A stretch of DNA of 11,917 nt from Myxococcales bacterium. GTDB taxonomy: Bacteria > Myxococcota_A > Polyangia > Nannocystales > Nannocystaceae. The position numbers and the translations under genes were made by a program. Below are positions 6,414-11,917 of the stretch, one piece after another (the first letter of the stretch is position 1; each line of letters starts with the position of its first letter). The notes under the pieces are model-generated. The model made no database searches, was not told the DNA's origin, and was given only the letters and a program-made list of their open reading frames with translations. Location: NCBI GenBank assembly GCA_020633315.1, contig JACKDV010000004.1, positions 576,071 to 587,987 on the forward strand. Direction: 5' to 3'.

Positions 6414-8909
6414 ATGGATCCTCGCCCCCGCCCTCATCGCTTGCACGCCGAGCGCATCCTGGCGCAGGTCAAGACCTCGCTCTTCGACGCGCCGACCTAT
6501 CGCGTGGGGCGCTTCGAGCTGCGCGAGCGGATCGGCGGCGGAGGCATGGGCATCGTCTATCGAGCGCACGATCCCGAGCTCGAGCGCGAGGTGGCGCTCA
6601 AGCTGCTGCACCACGACGATGCGAGGCCCGGCGGGGCGAGCCACGCCGACTCGCTCCGCGAGGCCCGGGCCGCCGCTCGCGTGGTGCACCCCAACGTGGT
6701 CACCGTGCACGAGGTGGGAATCGCGTGCGCGGAGGCCTATGTGGCGATGGAGCTCGTGCGTGGGACGACCCTGCGGCGCTGGCTCGAGGGAGCCCGCCGC
6801 TCGGTGCCCGAGATCCTCGACGTGTTCACGGCGGCGGGGCGAGGGCTGGCGGCGGCCCACGCCGCAGGAATCGTCCATCGCGACTTCAAGCCCGACAACG
6901 TGCTCATCCGTGACGACGGCCAGGTCAAGGTGGTCGACTTCGGCCTGGCCCGCGTGTGCTCCGAGACGGTGGAGTCCCTGGAGACGACGACCGGCGCCGA
7001 GGAGCCCTCCGGCGAGTCGGTGACCCACCGCTGGGCCGGGACGCCCGCGTACATGGCCCCCGAGCAGCACCAGGGCCGGGTCGCGTCGCCCCGCACCGAT
7101 CAGTTTGCGTTCTGCGTGTCGCTGCACGAGGCGCTCTTCGGGCACCGCCCGTCGGTCGAGCCCTCGACGGGCCGCGAGGAGCTGCCCCGAACGGAGGCCA
7201 CGGTCGCGGGACGAGCCGGGGTGCCGCGGCGTGTGCTCGCGGTGATCGAGCGCGGCCTGCAAGCGCAGCCGGCCGCGCGCTGGGACGGCATGGACGAGCT
7301 GCTCGACCGCCTCGAGCAGGCCCGGCGCCGACCGAAGCTCGCGCTGCCCATGGTCGTGGCGGGGATCGTGGCGGCGGGCGTCGCAGTCGCGACGTGGCCG
7401 ACCACGCCTTCGCCGGCCGTCTCGCCGCCCTGCGACGGGCCCGATCGCCTCGATGGGATCTGGGACGACGAGCACCGGGCGGCCCTCCACGAGGTGCTCG
7501 CGGCACCGGGCCGCGACGCCAGCCTCGCCGGCGACGTGGTCGAGCAGCTCGATGACTACGCGCAGCAGTGGGGTGAGGTCGATGCGCGCCACTGCGAGGC
7601 GATGCGAGGCCCCGTGGCCCACCCCGCCCTGGCGATCCGAGCCGAGCAGTGCATCGACGAGCGGCGGCTCGCCCTCGGAGCGCTGGTCGAGGTGATCACC
7701 GGGCCCGCCGAGCTGCCTCCCGACCGGGTACGGCAAGCGGTCGCCGCGTTGCCTCGCATGGAGGACTGCGCGGACGAGCTGCGCCTGCGGGCGATGCCGG
7801 CCCCGCCCCTGGATCCCGAGGTAGCCCGTCGCGTCCGCGAGCAGGAGCGGATCGTCGAGCGGGCCCACGCCCTCAACCTCGCCGGCCAGCGCGAGCAAGC
7901 GATGTCGGTCGCGACCGAGGCCATCGCCACCGCGCGCGAGATCGGCTACCCGCCGCTCCTGGTCGAGGCTCTCAGCGAGCTCGGCGAGGCCCAGGGCGCC
8001 CTCCGGCGCCCGGAGGCGGCGGCCACCCTGGAGGAAGCGGTGCTCATCGCCGAGGAAGCGGGCGACGACCTCGACAAGACCGAGATCTCGATCTACCTCG
8101 CGGCCTACACCGCCTACTACGCTCGTGACGTGGAGGCAGCGCGATCGCATGCTCGCCGCGCCTCGGCCTCGCTCGCTCGGATCGGCACCCCCTCCGACGT
8201 GGAGATACGCCTGCTGGCCGCCCGCGCCGGCATCGAGTGGGTCGCCGAGGACTACGACGCTGCGCTCGAGCTCGCCAACCAATCGATCGAGCGCTGGGAG
8301 GCCTCGGAGCGGGACGACCCCCAGCAGATCATCTCGCCGCTCACCATGGCGGCGAACATCCACACCATGCGCGACCAGTGGCAGCAAGCCGAGCAGCTCC
8401 ACCGCCGAGCGCTCGCGATCTCGATCGCCGCCCAGGGGCCGAACAACGGGACGGCGCTGTCGATCCGCAACAACCTCGCGCTGAACTACCAGGCCGCCGG
8501 AGATCTCGAGGCCGCCATCGCAGAGCTGGAGGCTCTGCTCGAGCTCCACCGGGCCCGCGGAGCCGACGGCCGCGTCGACGTGGCCCGCGTGATGCGGCTG
8601 CTGTGCGGCCTCCACCAGGACGAGGGGGACCTCGATCGCGCCGCGGCGTGCATCGGGCCCGCGCTCGCGGCCAGCACGGCCTTGGGGCTGCCGATGGAGC
8701 AGCGCCTGACCCTCATCCGAGCCGCGAAGATCCACCTCGCCCGCGGCGAGCTCGACGAGGCCATGCGCCAGGGCTGCCGGGCCCGGGCGCTGATCGAGGC
8801 CGAGCCCGAGCCCGATCGCTCGAGGGCACGGGCCCAGCTCGCCGCTGCCTTCGAGGGCAACGACGAGCCGAGCTCGGACCGCTGTGATCCCGACGACGCG
8901 GATCAGTAG
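6414..8909 (+). CDS. Hanks-type Ser/Thr protein kinase with a single transmembrane helix and a C-terminal Cys-containing, TPR-like repeat domain that is predicted to be extracytoplasmic.
   Basis: The kinase motifs are present: the Gly loop IGGGGMGIVYRA, VALKLL, the catalytic loop VHRDFKPDNVLI (Phe in place of the usual Leu/Ile/Val), VVDFGLA, and YMAPEQ closing a long acidic Ser/Thr-rich activation loop. The TM segment is LALPMVVAGIVAAGVAVATW. After the TM there are 4 Cys (PCDG, HCEAM, QCIDE, DCADE). The TPR-like repeats resemble LGPxxxxTLxxxNNLAxxYQAAGDLEAA. Confidence 0.9.
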   Translation: MDPRPRPHRLHAERILAQVKTSLFDAPTYRVGRFELRERIGGGGMGIVYRAHDPELEREVALKLLHHDDARPGGASHADSLREARAAARVVHPNVVTVHEVGIACAEAYVAMELVRGTTLRRWLEGARRSVPEILDVFTAAGRGLAAAHAAGIVHRDFKPDNVLIRDDGQVKVVDFGLARVCSETVESLETTTGAEEPSGESVTHRWAGTPAYMAPEQHQGRVASPRTDQFAFCVSLHEALFGHRPSVEPSTGREELPRTEATVAGRAGVPRRVLAVIERGLQAQPAARWDGMDELLDRLEQARRRPKLALPMVVAGIVAAGVAVATWPTTPSPAVSPPCDGPDRLDGIWDDEHRAALHEVLAAPGRDASLAGDVVEQLDDYAQQWGEVDARHCEAMRGPVAHPALAIRAEQCIDERRLALGALVEVITGPAELPPDRVRQAVAALPRMEDCADELRLRAMPAPPLDPEVARRVREQERIVERAHALNLAGQREQAMSVATEAIATAREIGYPPLLVEALSELGEAQGALRRPEAAATLEEAVLIAEEAGDDLDKTEISIYLAAYTAYYARDVEAARSHARRASASLARIGTPSDVEIRLLAARAGIEWVAEDYDAALELANQSIERWEASERDDPQQIISPLTMAANIHTMRDQWQQAEQLHRRALAISIAAQGPNNGTALSIRNNLALNYQAAGDLEAAIAELEALLELHRARGADGRVDVARVMRLLCGLHQDEGDLDRAAACIGPALAASTALGLPMEQRLTLIRAAKIHLARGELDEAMRQGCRARALIEAEPEPDRSRARAQLAAAFEGNDEPSSDRCDPDDADQ

Positions 8910-10111
8910 TCCCAGGCCACCGACACGATGAAGTTGCTGAACGCGGTGTCGATGCGACGGGCGAAGTTGCGGCGGCACACGTCGAAGCCGCACTTGAACA
9001 GGTCGAAGTACTCGCGGTAGCCCCACAGCACCCCGACCGGCCGGTTGATGTCGTACATGCGGTACCAGGGCGAGCCGCTCTGGCCGGAGACCGAGTCGAT
9101 GTTCTGCGACTCGATGCGCCAGTCGTTGATCTCCGACGCGCCACTCATGCCGCACATGTAGTTGCCCGAGCCGGGCGCGCCCGGGCAGGTGTCGCTGGGA
9201 TAGCCGTAGGTCGCGAAGGTCGAGTTGGCGGCGTTCGCCTGGTAGCCACCGAACCAGTTGGGCGCGCTGTGACACGGGAAGGTGTCCATCACCGCGTAGT
9301 CGAGGCTGTCCTGCTGTCCGGTGTAGTACCCGGCGGGCACCGACCACAGGTAGTCGTTGGTCGAGCTCGCATCGTCGAGGCGGCAGTCGAACGATCCGTA
9401 GGGCAGCGTGCCGCCGTTGCGCGCCGGCTGGAACACGATGCGGTTGACCCGGTCGGTGTCGCTGAACACCAGGCAGTGGGCGGAGGTGATCACGGTCCAC
9501 GGCCCGATGTAGGAGCCGCTGCACCAGCCGCGATAGGTGTTGCCGGTGTAGAGCTGGAGCTTGACGATCGCGTTGTAGGGCGCCACGGTGGTGTCGAACA
9601 CCCGGGTGCGGCCGTCGGGGCCGATGACCTGGCGCATGACCATGTCGGGCTCGACGCTCGGGCGTCCCTCACCCTCGCGATCGAGCACGTCGTACGACAG
9701 CGACTCCTTGGAGCCGGAGAGGACCGCGTCGGCGGCCTCCCACGCCGGCTCGCGGGCGACGTAGAGGGTGTCGTTGCCGGTGGCGATCACCGGGCGCAGC
9801 ATGTCGGCCAGCTCCTCGCGCGACCACGCATCGAGGGGGATGACCTCGCCGGGCTCCTCGGTGAAGGCTCGGCGGGGCATCAAGACCGCATCGGGGCCGG
9901 GCTCGACCTCTTGCTCGACTACGGGGCCGACGAGATCGAAGACCTCGCCGTCGCGCTCGATCTCGGTCTCGAGGGGCTGATCCTCTTCCTCGACCACGCA
10001 GCCGGCGGCCAGCGCAGTCAGCATGGTCAGCGTCAGCAAGCGACCGGACGGACGAAGCGGGGAGGAGAGCAGGTGGGGGGGCTCGTTGCAGGGACTGGGG
10101 TTGGTGCGCAT
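8903..10111 (-). CDS. Secreted trypsin-fold serine protease lipoprotein of subfamily S1B (glutamyl-endopeptidase/V8-like), with a ~150-aa acidic N-terminal pro-region.
   Basis: The catalytic His is in WTVITSAHC. The Asp is in the DYAVMD context. The Ser motif is GQSGSPW...VGVLWGY (compare V8 protease GNSGSPVF...IGIHWGG). The signal peptide with lipobox reads ...RLLTLTMLTALAAGC|VVEEED. There are multiple Cys pairs. A GAGGA Shine-Dalgarno sits 10 nt upstream of the ATG at 10111. Confidence 0.8.
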   Translation of the reverse strand: MRTNPSPCNEPPHLLSSPLRPSGRLLTLTMLTALAAGCVVEEEDQPLETEIERDGEVFDLVGPVVEQEVEPGPDAVLMPRRAFTEEPGEVIPLDAWSREELADMLRPVIATGNDTLYVAREPAWEAADAVLSGSKESLSYDVLDREGEGRPSVEPDMVMRQVIGPDGRTRVFDTTVAPYNAIVKLQLYTGNTYRGWCSGSYIGPWTVITSAHCLVFSDTDRVNRIVFQPARNGGTLPYGSFDCRLDDASSTNDYLWSVPAGYYTGQQDSLDYAVMDTFPCHSAPNWFGGYQANAANSTFATYGYPSDTCPGAPGSGNYMCGMSGASEINDWRIESQNIDSVSGQSGSPWYRMYDINRPVGVLWGYREYFDLFKCGFDVCRRNFARRIDTAFSNFIVSVAWDY

Positions 10112-10250
10112 GGCGTTCGTTCCTCACGTGTCGAGCACGCCGCGAGTCGAGGGCTCGTCCCAGGTCGATGCCCGGGAGCCCGGTCCGCGGCGGCTCGGTT
10201 GGGTCGGCGATGAAGTGGCGGCACCCCGGCAGACGTTCCCGACCCGGACG

Positions 10251-10280
10251 AAAAAAGTGGGGCGGCCGATCGCGCCCGTG
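10251..10280 (-). terminator. Candidate intrinsic terminator on the minus strand. The transcript would read cacGGGCGcgaucggcCGCCCcacUUUUUU: a 5-bp GC stem with an 8-nt loop, followed by a T6 run that is rare in this ~70% GC DNA.
   Basis: Read directly: GGGCG (10260-10264) pairs with CGCCC (10273-10277), and A6 on the plus strand lies at 10251-10256. It sits between the P450 stop (10440) and the protease start (10111). Confidence 0.25.
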
Positions 10281-10439
10281 CCCAGCCCGCGGCTTGGCGG
10301 CGTGGCCGGGGTGGCACGCGCATCGTTTGCGTCACGGGCAACAGCGGGAGGAGGTGGCCGTACCTCTCGGTCGTCGAGTGCCCCGCGGGTAGACGAGCGC
10401 AGCAGGTCGGACCGACCGCGATCGCTCGATCGCCGACCC

Positions 10440-11852
10440 TCAGCCGTCGCGGCGGCGCACGTCGAGCCACACGCCCTGCGTGGGCCGCAGGGTGACCGAG
10501 GTGCTCAGCCGCAGCGGCGGCGCCGAGTCGTAGGGGCTCACCTCGAGCCGCTGCACGAGGGTGGCCAGCACCAGCACGCCCTCGAGCATGGCGAAGTGGT
10601 TGCCCACGCAGATCCGCGGGCCGCCGCCGAAGGGGAAGTAGGCGAAGCGATGCAGCCGCGCGGCGAGGCCATCGAGCCAGCGCTCGGGCCAGAACAGCTC
10701 GGGCGCGGGGAACCACCGGGGGTCGCGGTGCACCACCCACTGCCCGGTGAGCAGCTGGGCGCCCTTGGGCATGGGGAAGCCGGCGATCTCGCGGTCCTCG
10801 AGCAGCTCGCGTCCCACCAGGTAGGCGGGAGGATACAGGCGCATGGACTCGCGCAGCACGGCGTCACACAGGCGCAGCCGCGGTAGGTCGTCGACGGTGG
10901 CCGGGCGATCGCCGAGCACCTCGTCGAGCTCGGCCCGCAGCGCCCGCGCGACCCGAGGGTGATGGGCCAGCAGGTACAGGGCATAGGAGAGCGCGAGGGC
11001 GGTGGTCTCGTGGCCGGCGAGGAACACGGTGGCCACCTCGTCGCGGAGCTGCCGATCGCTCATGCCCTTGCCCTCGTCGTCCTGGGCCGCGAGCAGGCGA
11101 TCGAGCAGGTCGGCATCGCCGGCCACGGCCCGTCCCCGGCGGGCGGCGATGAGCTCGTAGAGGATCGCGTCGAGGCGCCCGACGGCATCGTCGATGCGGG
11201 CGAAGGCGGCCACCCGCAGGCGCCGAGGCAGCAGGCGGCGCCAGGTGAGGAACTCGCGGCCGTAGCCCTCCATCAGGGTGTCGACGATCTCCCCCACCCC
11301 GTCGATGTCGCGCACGGTGTCGGCCCCGAACATGGTGTCGAGCACGATCTCGAGGGTGATGCGCATCATGTCGGCGTGGACGTCCCGGCGCGAGCGGGCG
11401 GGCAGGGCCTCCACGCCCCGGCGGCTGCGCTCCACCATGGCCTCGCCGAAGCGCTCGATGTGGCGGGGCTGGAAGGAGGGCGCGGCGATCTTGCGCTGCC
11501 GTCTCCACAGCTCGCCCTCGCTGGTGAGCAGGCCCTGGCCCACGATGAGCGAGAGCGTGCGGGTGAGCTCGTCCTTCATCACGTGGGCATGCTCGCCCAC
11601 GAGCACGGTCTGGATGTCGTCGGGGTGGTTGAGCAGGTAGAGCTCGGCCAGCGGCATCGAGACGTAGACGACGTCGCCGTAGCGCTCGCGGTAGCGCACC
11701 ATCGAGCCGAGGAAGTCGGAGGAGAAGGCGAGCCCGGAGCCGAGCAGGGGCAGCGCGCGAGGACCCGGAGGACGACGTCGTCCCCCGCGATCGACCCGCG
11801 AGGAGCCGAGCACGACGCGAGGGTAGGCCGACGTGGTGGCGGTCGAGCTCAC
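10440..11852 (-). CDS. Cytochrome P450 monooxygenase of the CYP4/CYP102-like clan (fatty-acid hydroxylase-like), heme domain only with no fused reductase.
   Basis: The I-helix motif is FLAGHETTA. The K-helix ExxR is ESMRLYPP. PERW is present. The heme-binding loop is FPFGGGPRICVGNHFAMLEG. N-terminal PPGP is present. GLLTSEGELWRRQRKIAAPSF resembles P450BM3 [23 protein letters not shown]. The start is GTG at 11852, with an in-frame TAG 9 nt upstream. Confidence 0.85.
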   Translation of the reverse strand: MSSTATTSAYPRVVLGSSRVDRGGRRRPPGPRALPLLGSGLAFSSDFLGSMVRYRERYGDVVYVSMPLAELYLLNHPDDIQTVLVGEHAHVMKDELTRTLSLIVGQGLLTSEGELWRRQRKIAAPSFQPRHIERFGEAMVERSRRGVEALPARSRRDVHADMMRITLEIVLDTMFGADTVRDIDGVGEIVDTLMEGYGREFLTWRRLLPRRLRVAAFARIDDAVGRLDAILYELIAARRGRAVAGDADLLDRLLAAQDDEGKGMSDRQLRDEVATVFLAGHETTALALSYALYLLAHHPRVARALRAELDEVLGDRPATVDDLPRLRLCDAVLRESMRLYPPAYLVGRELLEDREIAGFPMPKGAQLLTGQWVVHRDPRWFPAPELFWPERWLDGLAARLHRFAYFPFGGGPRICVGNHFAMLEGVLVLATLVQRLEVSPYDSAPPLRLSTSVTLRPTQGVWLDVRRRDG

Positions 11853-11917
11853 CGGGTCACCCTAGCACCCGAGGAGAATGCGAACGTTGCGACACGCGCT
11901 CCTCGAGTGATTCGTAG

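Noticed and set aside
6221-6415. N-terminal extension of the ECF sigma ORF up to an ATG at 6415. That ATG shares the CCATGG with the kinase ATG at 6414.
   Set aside because: The extra 65 aa (MAARYRTSRVDARRHASVCP...) are Pro/Arg-rich and have no sigma-region homology. ECF sigmas normally begin ~15 aa before region 2. Any ATG preceded by C gives a reverse-strand ATG, so the shared CCATGG is coincidental. An intermediate ATG at 6301 is also possible but unsupported.
6177-9524. An 1115-aa ORF antisense to the kinase gene, plus nested ORFs 6337..8887 (+ alternative frames) and 6737..8860 (-).
   Set aside because: The translation is extremely Arg/Gly/Pro/Leu-rich low complexity. The opposite strand encodes a complete kinase with all Hanks motifs. 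This is the classic long antisense ORF of high-GC genomes.
9269-10392. ORFs 9269..10213 (+), 9490..9672 (-), 9669..10127 (-), 9768..9980 (+) and 10168..10392 (+, Arg-rich 74 aa).
   Set aside because: They are antisense or off-frame to the S1 protease gene, or lie in the GC-rich intergenic region. Their translations are low-complexity and none has a Shine-Dalgarno or motif support.
10023-11640. ORFs 10023..10886 (+), 10033..10740 (-), 10538..10984 (-), 10864..11508 (-) and 11278..11640 (+).
   Set aside because: They overlap the P450 gene in other frames or on the other strand. The P450 frame carries the I-helix, ExxR and Cys-heme loop motifs, and these alternatives carry none.
1-11917. Search for CRISPR repeats, tRNA/rRNA genes and mobile-element hallmarks (transposase, integrase, terminal inverted repeats).
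   Set aside because: I found no regularly spaced direct repeats, no cloverleaf-like or rRNA-like segments, and no recombinase or transposase ORFs. Nothing supports calling this a mobile island or defence locus.
11853-11917. An AACGTT-centred motif, GCGAACGTTGCG, upstream of the P450 gene. I considered it as a possible ECF-type (AAC...CGTT) promoter or a palindromic operator.
   Set aside because: The flanks are not actually palindromic (GCG/GCG rather than GCG/CGC). On the minus strand it does not give a convincing GGAAC-N16-17-CGTT arrangement. The region is also truncated by the window edge.

Overview
The window is about 70% GC bacterial DNA that is densely coding on both strands. The gene content suggests Myxococcota, for example suborder Sorangiineae or Nannocystineae, but this is inferred from gene content and composition only.

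I call nine protein-coding genes and found no RNA genes, CRISPR array or mobile-element hallmarks. In order they are:
- the 3' end of a TPR-tail protein that continues upstream of the window and is paralogous to the C-terminus of the kinase below;
- an overlapping, probably translationally coupled, 631-aa lipoprotein with internally repeated beta-rich modules and no recognisable family;
- a cytochrome-b5-fused front-end fatty-acid or sphingolipid desaturase on the minus strand;
- divergently from it, a close homologue of cyclopropane-fatty-acyl-phospholipid synthase (cfa);
- an ECF sigma factor on the minus strand, ending 17 bp from cfa;
- divergently from the sigma factor, a Hanks-type Ser/Thr kinase with one transmembrane helix and a Cys-containing TPR C-terminal domain that is predicted to be extracytoplasmic;
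- an S1B (V8-like) serine-protease lipoprotein with an acidic pro-region, whose stop codon overlaps the kinase stop tail-to-tail;
- a stand-alone CYP4/CYP102-clan cytochrome P450.

The most interesting aspects are:
- a divergent desaturase-cytochrome b5 / CFA-synthase-family pair, which could be a lipid-tailoring module and is reminiscent of fungal sphingoid-base delta-8 desaturation followed by C9-methylation;
- an ECF sigma / transmembrane kinase partner pair sitting between three lipid-modifying enzymes;
- the novel repeat lipoprotein coupled to a kinase-tail paralogue.

Intergenic motifs are reported with low confidence: a palindrome and direct repeats in the divergent promoter region, GC hairpins between convergent genes, and a rare T6 tract. 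Nothing here resembles a known phage-defence or toxin system. All functional linkage is inference.
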